Under the pieces are notes generated by a model. The model was not told the origin of the DNA, made no database searches, and was given only the letters and a program-made list of their open reading frames with translations. Below are positions 1 through 14,232 of a stretch of 64,000 nt of DNA, one piece after another. The position numbers were made by a program, and so were the translations under genes. The DNA is from Podospora anserina. Taxonomy: Eukaryota. The stretch is from assembly GCA_017654855.1 (NCBI GenBank), contig CM030332.1:2294001-2358000 (forward strand), read 5' to 3'. The first letter of the stretch is position 1. Each line of letters begins with the position of its first letter.

Positions 1-1134
<1,134 letters not shown>

Positions 1135-2654
1135 GTTTGCGCGTCAATTGACCTTTTTTTTTTCTTTTGGTTTGGGAGGTTTGTTTAACGGGCAAGCCAC
1201 GGGCGAAATTATTGGCCGCGGGCTGAAAAGGCTCGGATTGCGTTCTTTCGGCAGCCGGGATCGGAGCTAGAAACCGTGGATCTTGATGTTGCCCCGCGGT
1301 TGGTTCCCGAGAAGCTCAAATCATTTGCTTGGCTATTTCCCGTTCGGGTGTAAATGAATGCGATCCAGAATGTGGGGTTGGAGCTCCAACTCGGTTTGCG
1401 TTGGGCCTGGCCGTTTTCCAGATGGCCTGTTGAAACGTTCTCCATGCTTGCCTGCTTGCTGGCAGGGTGCTCCTTGAAGTTCAATATCATATCCCGTACC
1501 CTCTTATCAACAACCCGGAGCTGTAGGGCTGGAAAGGAAGGTGGCCTCAAGCGGAATATCGGGATTATTCCTACCGCTATGCCGTATATGTCTTCTACAT
1601 CGGACGGAGCACAAGCATCTGCGCTTTATATGATGATGCCGCCAGACGCAATGCATGACGGACATCTGAAACACAAGTCAGAAGAAGGCGGGATGGCCTT
1701 CTCGAAAGGGTATCCTGGCGCCAAAGACGGCTGGTCCGGGGAAAGCTGCGTTCTGATGCCCACGGTGGTAGCAAGACCGGCTCTGACAGGTTGTGTGTGT
1801 TAGACAGAGAGGCAAGCGGCGCTTTTCCAACGAAAAAGGCTGACGGCGTGTGGCAATGTATGTAGGAGGATATTTATTAGAGCATCGCGAGTGGTGGACG
1901 GTGGTGGACGACCTGGAGCACAGCCCCTGAAACCCACCTCTCTGCTGGAGCTGTTCCAGCTTTGGGCCAACCGTTGTGCACCCACCTCAACGGCGCTTTG
2001 GCCAAGATCACACCAAGATAAAGACAACAAGAGGCTTTGGCTGTCGGGGTCTCAGGATTATCAACAGAAAATCCCTCGGGGCTTTCGGTGCGCCAAACAG
2101 ATTGATTTGTCTGGACGAAAAGTGCTGCGAGGCATTAGGGGCAGTGTGTGTCCCACCGAACCGCTTGGCAAAGCTCCCCTGAACCAACCCTTCCCCAAAT
2201 TGTTCTCTTAATTTTATGAAGACACCTTCACATTTTTGGTGCCACCACGGTCCGTTGATACTTTATCTGCATCTTTTTCGCATCCTGTTCGCGACACGCA
2301 ACCTCCGACCACCCGTACATTGCTCCCACACCATTGCCCGTTGCGACGCCGCCATATCCCACCTAGTCTGTTGTTGTATTTCCCGGCTTCCTCACATCAG
2401 CTGTTTAATCGAGCGACACGGGCTCTCTTGACCATCCCTCGGGTCACTTGGCGCGGGGGAGCTCAAAGCGCGTCTCTTTCGCAAAGCCCGGCGCGCCGGG
2501 TGCTGCCCTCCAAAGTCGACTTCAACACCACCCCGCGTGACGAAACCTCACACGACTCAGTCAAGATCTCTTTGCGCTTTAGTCATCGCCTTCGGGGCCC
2601 TCCACATATTTGAATTGAAAACCCAAACGGGCAGCTACTGCCACATCCGCCATC

Positions 2655-4534
2655 ATGAGTGCCGTCAAGAACCTTCGCGCCATGTTTGAGCAAAAGGGGG
2701 AAAACAGTCCTCCAGACCGGGGTCGTTCGCCTGGTGTGCCTTTTGGTAAGGATCATCTTGTGCTGTTCCTTTGCGCGCAACACCTGCCGGCGCATTCGGG
2801 TGCCTATGCGCATTCCGTGTGGCAGCTGGCTACGAGGTAAACATGGCTAATTCTGTCGTCATTGTTACAGTTTCCGGCGCCGAGTCCCCACGTCCGCTGG
2901 CCAAAGTCCGAACGAGCTTCATCGCAATCGAAAAAGACGGTAGGATGGGCTTGACACGAGAAGGCAGCCAGGATTCAGTGCCCGGGATTCGAAAGCTCAG
3001 CGGTGGATCTAGCGAAATGACGACGCCGACTGCTGGAAAGGAAATCTCGAATCCGTTCGAGAAATTTGAGAGGCTCACGAGCACGCCAAAAACTTTCCTT
3101 AGAGACCAACCAATTGTGGAATCACCACAGGCGAAGGCAGAAGAGAAGACGGCGACATCGCCGGTCAAGGAAGTGAATGTCGCACAAACACCGACCGCAC
3201 CTATTGTGAAGAAGGAGGAAGTGAAGACCCCAGAGCCAGCCCTGGATGGCACTGCGGAGAAGACAGTCACACCAGCACCAAAGCCGGAGACCAAAGAGCC
3301 AGTAAACGAGACAAGCGGTGCGAATGAGGAGAAGAAGGAGACAACTGCCACCAAGGAAGCCACGAAACCCACCACCACCACCATCACACCACAGTCGACA
3401 GTGAAGCCGATGACAACTTCTTCGACAGGAAAGCTCGATGTAAAGTCTGCGAAATCGCCAGTCACCACCAAGCCCCCGAAGAGCCCAGCTCTGAGACCTC
3501 AGCCGAATTTGGCTGCGCCTAAACAGACGCCCGAAAGGAAAGTGTCCCACACCGAAAAGACAATGACACCAAAAGCAGCCACTCCCGCCGCAAAGGCCTC
3601 TGCTCCTTCCTCGGTGAAGAAGCCACCTCCGCTCCATGCATCCCCCGCAGCCACAGGGTTTGTCAAGCCAAAGGTCAAGTCACCAACAAGACCAGTAAAG
3701 CTTCCTCCAGGCCTCACAACGCATACGGCTGCCTCCGGTTCCAAGGTCCACGGCGACAGCGCACAACACGCCAGTTCCCTCGCACGCTCCGCCAGCAGAA
3801 CAAGCATGTCGGGCACCACTAGCAAAGCCGCGCCGGGTAAAACGCTCAAACGACAGAGTTCGACCGTTGGCCGCTCCCGGCCGAGCATAGGACCCCCTCC
3901 GCCTCAGCCAGCCAAGGACCATGCTCCTAAGAAGGAGAAGCCGGTTGACGAGAGTTTCCTCGCGCGTATGATGCGGCCTACCCAAGCCTCTGCCAACAAG
4001 GTCACACAAAAGGTGCCCATTTCTCCACCCAGACATGGGCCAGCCTCCCGGAGAACATCCCCAGCGTCTAAGCCCCGCGTTAAGAAGGCTGTCTCACGAC
4101 CACATAGTGCCACGTCAGGACATAGCGCACCTTCAGCATCGCAGACCAGCCTGGCTCCAGCCGCCGAGATTGTTCCCGCTTCAAAGTCTGCCGAGGACGA
4201 CGCTAAGCACGCCGCTCTCGATGCCGTGGCTGAGAAGACGGCGGTTCAGGAGGTAGCAGTCCTTGCGGAGCAGGCTGAGACCGCCGAGGAGGCCGTGGAA
4301 GCCGCCAAGGAGGTTGAGGGTGAGATCACTCTGCCAGAGACTTCCCCTGGGGTCAAGGCTGTGACAAACAGCATGGAGCGCATGAGCGTCGGGTCTGCCG
4401 ATTCCAAGGCCGAAGTGAGCGGACATAGCAACGACAATACCTCTTCCCCCTCTCCTTCTGCCACAGAAGAAACCGAGGCTTCCGTCATCGACAACAAGGA
4501 GAGCCATTCCGAAATCTCCGCTATCGCCGCCTAA
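2655..4534 (+). CDS. Conserved-looking fungal hypothetical protein, Pro/Ser/Thr/Lys-rich and low complexity
   Basis: Exon 1 2655-2745 (MSAVKNLRAMFEQK...), intron 2746-2870 (GTAAGG..GCTAAT..CAG) joins in frame to the 587-aa ORF ending at 4534; contains FLARMMRPTQAS. Confidence 0.75.
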
Positions 4535-4757
4535 TTACCTGTCGCGACGGACTCGACACCTTGTTTAATTCTTTGTATTCTTCTTGACCGCGGCCCATGG
4601 TACCGCACTTTGTTACCTTTTAACACCCCCAAAGAGGGATTTTGGCTTGTCGGTTTTGCATTGCTCTTTTAAGCGCTGCTAATGACACCTATTTGTTTGT
4701 ATTGGTTGGAGGGAACGCGAACAAAAAAACTCCCAGCTTCTTCGTATGATACCTTTT

Positions 4758-4783
4758 TGTGTGTGTGTGTGGGGGGGGGGGGG
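4758..4783. repeat. (TG)n microsatellite followed by a poly-G run
   Basis: tgtgtgtgtgtgt then about 13 G, downstream of the 2655-4534 gene. Confidence 0.8.
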
Positions 4784-5488
4784 AGAGGGTGAAAAGAGGA
4801 GGAAAGTGCTTTGCCTTGTTAATTGGGAGAGAGGGAGAGAGCCTGTGGATTCTCATTGTTGGGTTTATGTTTTTATTGGCTTTCCGTTGTTGGTACTTGC
4901 CTCATATTCGGGAGTTGTTTGTTTTTGATAAGCACAGCAGGGAAAGGGAAAGGAGAATGGTAGGGAAATGGGGGGAGAAACATTAAGGAAGGGGGGAGGA
5001 GTTTGTCTATATAGAATAGGGTTTTCGGTATATGTGTGTGGTTTGGTGTTTCGGGGGGGAGGGCAAACAGCACTTTATTGCATAGGACACCGCACGCAAG
5101 ATGCATACAAAAGAGACAGAGGCTGGCAGGCACGCTCGCGCACACACACAGTCAGGCACACAAAGCATGTTAGATTAGTATGAATAACAGTATTCATTGT
5201 ACAATTCCTTTCCGAGGCCATATATGGAAGCTGAATCAACTGGTAGCCTTGTTGCTAAGGGTTGCCTCTGAAATCTGCTTCAGTTACAGTCTGCTCATGT
5301 GTCTTTGATCTTGGTGTATTTAACTTTGATGTACATGTCTTTCGTCTTCTCCCCACTATCTCGTACACTCTCATCGTTGGGTATGATATCCTTTACATCC
5401 TTCCTTCCACATTCCACCACCATCAACGCCCCCTTCTATTTTTTTTCTTCTTGTTTTTTTTAATTTCTTGATTTCTCCCTCATCCACC

Positions 5489-5974
5489 CTACGAAACCCT
5501 CGCCAGAACCAGACCCCCCACCCTCTTCTCCAACGCCTCCCTCACCTCCAACACCCCCTTATCCGTGCACAAAAACAACGTCTCCCCCAGGTTGAGCCCC
5601 TTGATATGCCCCGCCTGGAACCCCCTCGCAATCTTGGACAGCTCCTTGTAATCCGCAGTCACCGGCCTCTTTGGCTTGGACACGGCCTGGAGGTTGGACA
5701 TGACGGGCTTGTTGTTGAAGTACTTGAGCCCCAGCCACAGACGACGGGTGGAGACGTTGGCCGAGGTGACGGGTTCGGTTTCGAAGGTCAGAAGGGCTTC
5801 GGGGGGAGGGGGGGTGAGGCCGGCGCGGGTGACGGAGGAGATGAAGCCCGCGCGGTGGAGGGCGAGGGCGAAGCGGAGGTTGTACTTTGTGTTGGGGATC
5901 GAGGTGAGGCCTAGCTTGGCGCGGGAGGCGTTTTGGAGGTGGGAGAGGGCGTTGCAGATGGAGTGGATGCCCAT
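5489..5974 (-). CDS. MRPS8: Mitochondrial small-subunit ribosomal protein uS8m
   Basis: 161-aa single-exon ORF: SHLQNASRA, LALHRAGFISSV, RLWLGLKY, SKPKR, TDKGVLEVREA..VGGLVLARV, typical of fungal mitochondrial S8. Confidence 0.92.
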   Translation of the reverse strand: MGIHSICNALSHLQNASRAKLGLTSIPNTKYNLRFALALHRAGFISSVTRAGLTPPPPEALLTFETEPVTSANVSTRRLWLGLKYFNNKPVMSNLQAVSKPKRPVTADYKELSKIARGFQAGHIKGLNLGETLFLCTDKGVLEVREALEKRVGGLVLARVS

Positions 5975-6843
5975 TTTGGATGTTGATGAACCTCGGGGGG
6001 AGGGTTTGATATGGAATTGGGTGGGTGCTGGGCCCCGGGTTGGGGAGGGGGGTGATTTGGTTGTTGGCTTTTGGGGGGGTTAGTGGGGACTTGAGAGGAC
6101 GGTTTGAGCCGGGGGATTCGTACCAGAAAGAGAGGGTGAAAAGTGGTGGGCGTGGAGGACGTGGAGGGGTGTCGTCGCTGGAGCTGTCGCCGGTGAGGTG
6201 TCTGTTCGAGTCGATTAACTCAAATCGGCTCTTTCCGTTGTCGCGGTTCCAAATTTTTGGCCAGTCTCCGGGACGGGCACGGTGCGGGCGATGGGAGAGA
6301 TCGCACTGTGTTGGGCAGGGGTTGCAATTGACAATTGGACAGAGCTCTGACCACCGGTACCTACCCCGCTATGAAGGCTTGGCAGTATCTGTTTAAGCGC
6401 CCAGGTGGGAGGGGCACCCACTCATTCACAGCATCACAACCACCCGAGCTGTCCTGACGGCATGTCCAGGGGTAGGATCATCACGCTGTAAAAAAGAGGT
6501 GATTTGTTGACGGGACGGGAGTGATGGGCTTTCAATTGCTCGCTAATGTGCGCGTGGGCCTGCCCAAGGGACGCCTAAGCTCTCTGGGTCATGGTTCCAG
6601 CTCGAGTGTCGCACAGGGGGGAGCTGATGGGCTTGTCTCATAGGAATACCACCGTGATCTTTTTTCTGGCTACTTTTTTTTCCTTTTCTCTGTCTCCTGC
6701 CAGCTTGACTGAACTATCTCCTGTCTTTTCCCTAGTTCTGGGTGGAACTAGAGTTGTGTTGCGCCGCTGTTCTCTTTGTGTTTCTCACCCCTCATCACCA
6801 CCAACTTCCCCTCATCCTGTCGATCGCATCGCGCGTCGCAACG

Positions 6844-8306
6844 ATGGCCGCCCGGCCGGGAGAAGAACTTGTAGCCACGCTGTAAGTATGCTTGCTTTCT
6901 TTGTGCCTCTACGCATTATTGTGAGGTTATATGTCCTAACTTGGAGCATGTGAAGCTTTGGCGACGTTCATTACTTTTACGGGCCACCAACAAATAACCC
7001 GCCTCATCATCGATTCGATAAGGGGTCCTATGTCTACCTCTTCGAGGACCCCAATCAGGGACGCGCCCGTTTAGAGATTGCGAACCAGCCAGGCACAGAG
7101 GATCAAGACGCATTTGATGGCTGTAAGATACCTTGGCTTTGTCGCACAAGCAATGATGGCACTTGCTAACCAAGCATGTTGCCAGACCTCGACAATGTCC
7201 ACCTCCAATACACATACAAGCACACTTGCCTCGTAACCCTCATCGTCGGCCAAGTCAATAACCAAGAAGAATGGCACCTTCCAACCTATGACCCCCACAA
7301 CCAAGCCAAATATCACTACAAACTTCACTCCCTTGACCTCTACTTCTGGACTCACCAAGACGCCCTCGAGTTCGTCAACGGCATCCGCCGCGTCCTTCCC
7401 CATACCCAATGCGAAGTCCTCGATGAACCCGGGCCTCCACCCCGTCAACCCACCGAAGCTAGCTCCCTTGTTCAAAAGCTCGAGAAAGTTGCCATCTCCG
7501 ACTCCTCCCCAGCCCAGCAAGCCAACCCCGGCGTCCCGTCTTTCCCTGGCCCTCCGGTGTCCGCAGTAGATGGCGACCTCCCTCCTCCCCCTCCTCCCCC
7601 AGCAGCCTTCTCACCTATCCCTTACAACCCCGCCGCGCCCGCAGCTCCAGAGCAGCTCCGCCACAGGGAAAAGACTCCCCCTCCTGAAGACGGCGTCGCC
7701 AACCCACTCCATCAAACCCTCGCCTATGACGCCGCCACTCCTTTCTCCCCTGGCCTTCCACCCGGACCAAGCCATCTCAGCCCGTTGAGCCCGGGCATCC
7801 CACCTCCCAACCTCCAACACCCCCCCGGAGCGCCAACATTCCCCGGTCCCCCCGTGGCATCACCCGGCTTCGCCCCCCAAGGCTTCGGCTCCCTCGGTGG
7901 TGTAGGTGCGCCTCCTCATCCAGGCATCACCCGCTCAGTAACCATGCCGGCAGTTGGTACTCCCCTCTCCAGTCCAGGGCTGGTGAGTCCTTACGGAGGC
8001 GTTGGGACATTCCCGGGTCAGCCGCAGGTGTATAACCCCGCTGCTGTGGCGGCCGTGTCTCAGACACCTACACCACCTGCCGTGGGTGGGATCGGGGCTT
8101 CACCCGGCGTTGGGGTCCAAGGGCCGCAGACGGCGCAGGCGGGGCTGCCGCAGCAGAATGAGTATGCTGTGCATCAGCAGTTTTATGTGCCGGAGGAGGA
8201 GTATAGACCGAAGAAGGAGGTGAGGGGGAAGCTGGAGGAGAATGCGGGGAGGTTGGAGAGGGGGGTGTCGGGAATGTTGAAGAAGTTTGAGAAGAAGTTT
8301 GGTTGA
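6844..8306 (+). CDS. Conserved fungal hypothetical protein with a folded N-terminal domain and Pro-rich C-terminus
   Basis: ATG 6844 (MAARPGEELVATL), introns 6882-6955 and 7123-7185 splice in frame (FGDVHYFY..HHRFDKGSYVYLF..YLDNVHLQY) into the 376-aa ORF ending ..GMLKKFEKKFG. Confidence 0.8.
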
Positions 8307-9961
8307 GGCTTGGTGATGTGTTGGAGAGAGGAGTGTTTCTGGGCTAGGCGTGGGGTTAATTAGTTTGGATACAAGGTGTTCGGCAATTGGTTCGTTTCTT
8401 GCTGTTGGGTTAGGCGTATATAGCTTTTTGGTCAAGCACAGCGTTCGTTACACCTTCTCATGGCCCATTGACAGCCTTGTCAGCAGAAGGCACCCTGCTG
8501 CCCATCGCCGGGCCAGTCCAGTTCCTCTACCTGCTTCCAGGTTGTCAGTGGTGTAACTAGGAAGTAAACCCAGCAGAGAAAATGCAGAACATCCTCGGAA
8601 CCGGCCGGCATATTTGACATCATCATCGACAAGACTTATCTTTGCCCCATGATGATATGACCTATCACCATCGGGCCGGCCATCGGCCACACTCACACAC
8701 ACACACCACCGCATCGGTTAGGTCACCCGGAATCCGCAACCCCCGTTCCGACCCGTGAGGAGGACAAGGGCAGCGGCGCCGTGCTTTTTTTGCGGGGGTG
8801 GCTTTTCGCACCACATGGCCCAAATCCCGTGCTTGTCTCACACCATTCTGCCGTTTTGAACGACATCATTCAACATCAATCGTCCGCCTCGCCCCCGTAC
8901 CCCTCCTCTACTGTGCAGAAAGAAGGGAAGATTACTTTTCCAAGCGGTACAAGCAGCCCTGCTTGAGAATTAAACAAGTATTTGCTTGGTAATTGCTCTG
9001 TTTTCTCTTACGTTATGTGCCTGCGTTTTGGCGTTGGTGTTGAGTAATTCCAAAATCCTCCTCGGCACAACCCTAGGTTTCTTGGTGGAGCTGAGATAGC
9101 GGTGATCTGGCCTGGAATCTCTCGGCAGGTATCCATCGTCTTGACGGTGATAAAAAAACGATGAAAAACAAGAAGACAGGTTGAGAGAGTTGACATGGCA
9201 CTGCGAGCTTGATAAATAATCACCTCTCTCGTGCTCCCTCGGTGTTATAAGACGAAAGATTGGTAAATCCCCAACAACAGTGCTAAGCTTTTACTTGACG
9301 TCTCCAAGAAAATATAGCAGGTACCGGAAGCTTTCTCACCTGCGGCGGAGAAGGGGCATGATACCACACACCATCCAACTAACAAACTAGACTAAACCAG
9401 TTGAGTCCACTTCCTACCCCAGACAAGACACAAAGAAAAGGCGGGGTGGGATTCGGCGCCGGTTTGCGAATTCCCATGTGGTTCATTGATCAATTTATTG
9501 GAACAAGCGAATTCTTCTTTTTTCCTTTTTGATGGCTTGTCCCAAAGAAAATTAAGTCCTGGTTATATCCGCTCGACACGGGATGTGGACGATGATTCCC
9601 GAACCTTACCTAGGTACCTTCCTCCTATGAATACTGATCACGGCCCCGCCGCCACTTGCGTATCCCTTCTTTCAAATGCTCTAAAAGGTGAATGAAAAGA
9701 TACGAAGTTGTCCCTACCTAATGCCGTCGATGGCCTCATGATTTGATGTTACTCTAGACCTCGTCCCCCCGACGATTTGAAAGTGGATGCTCAGACCAGA
9801 GACCTCAGCTTATACTTATCCGGACGATATATCCCCACCGCCACCAACCGAAGTCACTTTTTCTTTGGAACAAAACACCGTTATCCTTTCCAACGACAGC
9901 TGAAAGAGCCTGTTGGACTGGAAAGAAACAAAGTCAGAAAAGAGGTCTACGAACACAGACC

Positions 9962-11366
9962 ATGAAGGAGAAAGATTCCACATCCGCCTCCGACTCGGAC
10001 AGAACAGACGGCGAAATCTCAATCCCAAACGACCAGAACATCGCCGGCTTCAAGCCCAGCCACAACACAGAAACAGATCCTGCCTCGAATGTTGACCCAC
10101 CACCAGATGTGGTCCCAGATGGAGGTCTCACAGCTTGGCTCCAAGTCCTAGGCTCGACCGCTATCCTCGTCAACACCTGGGGTCTTATCAACACCTTCGG
10201 GGTCTTCCGTACGTCTTGTTCCATCCCATTCCCCTTTGCGAAATCTAACCCGTTGCACAGAGGCCTACTACGAAACAACCCTCCTATCCTCCCATCCACC
10301 CTCCTCAATCTCATGGATCGGCTCTACCCAAGCCGCCCTCCTCTTCTTGGTCGGCGTGTTCGCCGGTCCTCTCTATGACGCCGGCTACTTCCGCCACCTC
10401 CTCATCACCGGCATGTTCCTCATCGTCTTCGGCCAGTTCATGACCTCGTTATGTACCGAGTACTGGCAAGTCCTTCTCGCGCAAGGGTTTTGCATGGGGA
10501 GCGGCATGGGAATGACTTTCCTACCTTCAGCTGCGATCCTCAGTCAGTACTTTGCCCGCCATCGGGCGTTAGCCTTGGGCATCGCCTCGGCAGGGTCGCC
10601 AGTTGCCGGGACGGTTTTTCCGATCATCTTTTCAAAGTTGGAGAAGAGCCTGGGTTTCGGCTGGGCGACGAGGGTGATCGCCTTCATCCTGCTGGGAATG
10701 TCGGTCATACCAGTTGCGTTCATGAAGACCAGGGTGCCACCTCACAAGGGGAAGAAGTCGCTGGTCGACAAGAGCCTTTTCAAGGATGCTCCATATTTGA
10801 GCTTCACCGCTGGCGGTTTCTTTGCCTTCTTGACGCTCTATGTCCCGTTCTTTTACATCACGCTGTATGGCACATCGCAGGCGTCGGTTACCGAGTCCTT
10901 TGCGCCGTATCTGGTTACGTTGGTGAATGCCGGGTCGATTTTTGGCAGAATTATCCCCAACGCGCTGGCGGATCGGTTTGGGTGCCTGAACCTCATGCTC
11001 GTTTGCATGTCGGGGAGTGCGATTCTCGTCTTCGGCTGGCTGGGAGTTAAGAATCTCGCTGGATCAGTGGTTTTTGTACTGCTGTATGGTGCCTTCTCGG
11101 GCGGCGTGGTCAGCTTGACACCTAGTGTTGTCGTCGAGCTATCTCCTGATCTTTCGAGAGTTGGAACCAGAATGGGTTTTGGGTTCATTGTCTCTGGAAC
11201 TGCGGTTCTGATTGGGACGCCCATTGCGGGTGCGGTCTTGGGTGGTGAGAGTGCCAATGCCAGATGGGTGCCGACGGTCCTGTATGCTGCCTGTGGGCTT
11301 TTGATTGCGACGTTTCTCTACTCGACAGCGAGGTTTTTGCAGTATAGAAAGAAAGGAGGGTGGTAA
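9962..11366 (+). CDS. MFS transporter, monocarboxylate permease (MCH-like) family
   Basis: VPDGGLTAWLQV..NTWGLINTFGVFQ; intron 10209-10260; many hydrophobic helices; GPLYDAGY and ALADRFG loop motifs. Confidence 0.9.
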
Positions 11367-12801
11367 GAAGTGGTCATGGGGGCATCTCATCAATTCATAC
11401 CTGCTACTATATGCATTGGGAGAGACGACATGTGCGTGATGTTTGGGTTTGTCCATGACCACACGAGAGGCTAGAATAGTCAGTTTACATTAGGTATATG
11501 CAACTTACGGATGATGCATGATATAAAGAAAATAAATAGTACCTTGGCCCAAACTACCGCATCATCTCTGATATCAAGACATCCGCAACTGCCGGGAAGA
11601 AGTGTGCCCAGGGAAGTCTGAGTCGCGCTGACACAGTAGTAGATATGCTCGACTGAAACGTGTTTGATGCCAAGCACATGAAACCAAAGTACTCCAGTCT
11701 GGAATGGGCAATCATAACCGAGAAGAGTAAAGAGCTACCAGAAAGACGTTTCGTGATATGTTCGTGGTGTTCCATGGATGGAGAGCTCTTGCGTGCCAAG
11801 CATCACGGACAGGGAGCTTAAGCACGGTTCAACTCCGCAACTTGCAGCGTGCACGGATCCCAGAGTGTCCTCGACCCGTTTGGCTGCATGTGATCCCCTG
11901 CGAAAAAAAAAGTTCCATCATTGTTCCTTCAGAAACGTTACGTCGATGCGGATACGATGTTCTGGTGGCTGGTGGTTCAACTGACAACTGTCATCGGGGT
12001 TTAGTATTTACAAGGCTGCTTTGTCTCGGAAACCCAGCGATTGAAGCAACCCGATTTGTCAGAGGGCAATCTGCAGCCAAAACGCGAGGGCGAGGGCCGT
12101 GAATAATGTCTTACAGCACTTCCGTCAGCCCTTATTCAGCAATGCTAAGGTCAATCTAGAGTGGGGCAGTCCTGGTGTTGAGGGGCAGTTTTGAGAGGGG
12201 CAAGGCCTGGGCGACCAACACAGCTAGCTGAACATCAGCTACGGGCGTGTGGGATACCACTATTTTGCACTCCAGGGTGTCCTAGACGTTGAGTATCCTA
12301 TATTTGGTAATGGATCAATAACTTGTGCAGAGACCGGATGCGGACAATGCTAAGCATGGCATTCGCGATATCGGTTTTGGAAGCATTTCGAACGTGTTGA
12401 CAGGCCCGTCGGGAGGGGGAGCCGGACCAATTTCGGTGCTACACCGACGCCTCTTGGGCGTTGCGTTACTAGACATCGAACCCCTCCGTCGGTCGCCAGC
12501 AATCGTTGATCCAGGGTTGATTATCCGATCATGACGAATGCCGACAAATGCAGATGAGGTACCCGCAACACGGGGGTCTAACCTGAGACCTTCTTTGACG
12601 CGGGATCTTCCCTGGTCAGTACCCCATCCCTTCCCGCTGTCATTTTGACAAGTATGTATATATAGACTTGACTTCCTCCCTCTTCTTTGCCTATCCAGCT
12701 TGTTATCATTCCCAACATCCAGTTGATACCCACGCCTTGATCTTTCCAAGCACCACTTGATACCCATTAGCGTCATATATATACCCACATAACCAGTCAA
12801 C

Positions 12802-13471
12802 ATGGCTCCCAAGATCGCAATTGTTTACTACTCGATGTACGGCCACATCAAGCAGTTGGCTGAGGCTGAGAAAGCCGGTATCGAGAAGGCTGGCGGCACT
12901 GCCGATCTCTACCAGTAAGTTGTCTGCCCTTCAGATCATGAGACATGCTAACAGTGAAACACCTAGGGTCCCCGAGACTCTTTCTGACGAGGTCCTCGCC
13001 AAGATGTACGCTCCTCCTAAGGCCACAGATGTCCCCGTCCTCGAAGACCCAAGCGTGCTCGAGCAATATGACGCCTTCCTCATCGGCATCCCAACAAGAT
13101 ACGGCAACTTCCCCGCTCAATGGAAGGCTTTCTGGGACAAGACCGGCAAGCAATGGAGCTCCGGTGGTTTCTGGGGCAAGTACGCCGGTGTCTTCATCTC
13201 CACTGCCTCTCAGGGAGGTGGCCAGGAGTCCACTGCTCTCGCCGCCATGAGCACCTTCGCCCACCACGGCATCATCTACGTGCCCCTCGGATACGCCAAG
13301 GCCTTCGGCATCTTGACCAACCTGGATGCGGTCCGCGGTGGTAGTGCCTGGGGAGCGGGTACTTTCGCTGGTGGTGACGGTTCTCGCCAGCCTAGTGATG
13401 TGGAGAAAGAGCTGGCCACCATCCAGGGCGAGGAGTTTTACAAGACGGTCGCCAAGGCTTTCAGTGCGTGA
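12802..13471 (+). CDS. PST2: Flavodoxin-like NAD(P)H:quinone oxidoreductase (WrbA/Pst2/Ycp4 family), short isoform
   Basis: [15 protein letters not shown], intron 12915-12966, [40 protein letters not shown]; stop TGA 13469-13471. Confidence 0.92.
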
Positions 13472-13535
13472 AATCACCATCGTGAGTGTTTGTGTGGGAG
13501 AAGTGGGACGGCATGTGGCTAATAGGTGGTGAAAG

Positions 13536-13723
13536 GGGGTTCATCGGGGGGAGAGTCAGTTCCTGCACCGGCTGTCGTTGAGACTCCAGCTCCAGCAGCT
13601 GCCAGTGCCCCTGCAGCTGGGGAAAGGCAAACGAGGGCCGAGCCAGTGCCAGAGCACAAGGAGGAGGATAAGGAGGAGGAAGGAGGACCATGCGGATTGC
13701 CATCCAAATGCGTCATTCTATGA
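13536..13723 (+). CDS. Predicted alternative terminal exon of the quinone reductase gene: Ala/Pro/Glu-rich linker ending in a CaaX box (..GPCGLPSKCVIL*)
   Basis: Phase-1 intron 13464-13535 (GTGCGT..GCTAAT..AAG) removes the TGA and joins in frame to an ORF ending CVIL-stop. Confidence 0.75.
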
Positions 13724-14232
13724 TTTCTGCAAATAGCGTGACAATATTGTTTTTTTCCCAGCGAATACACATATGGATATCAAACACACCACACCTGTCG
13801 ACCACCTCCAATCCCTTGGCCAACCTTGGACCTGCAACCCTGCATAAGGTATGTGAACAGGCAGGACGTAGCACAACATTTCATCCATTAGGCACCCATC
13901 CAGACCATTTCATCGAGATTTCTTTCTTGCATTCTCGGATGAACCTTTCACTCCAAATTCCAACCGCCTCAACTCAATTACAAAGCAATTGACTCACTTG
14001 TGAGAGGGTTAGGGTTATGCATGTAACAAATACATCCTCCACCTGCATCAATTTATTTTAGCTTTTTTGTTTGCCTTCAAGCCGGCTCGCTTTCAACATT
14101 CACTTTGAACTCAAAATTTTCCCCCTTTCCAACTTTTTCCCAACCTTTTCCCAACCTTGAATCCCCCAATCCCATCCCCGTTTTCATCAACCACCCATCT
14201 CACTCATCCTCTCCAACATCAAAAATCTTACC

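Noticed and set aside
11360-11480. GTAAGA overlapping the MFS stop codon as a cryptic terminal intron
   Set aside because: No convincing branch point/acceptor or meaningful downstream exon found.
12848-13480. 210-aa antisense ORF over the quinone reductase (similar ones over MPP, ADP1, mS26)
   Set aside because: Mirror frames of highly biased genes with no recognisable motifs.
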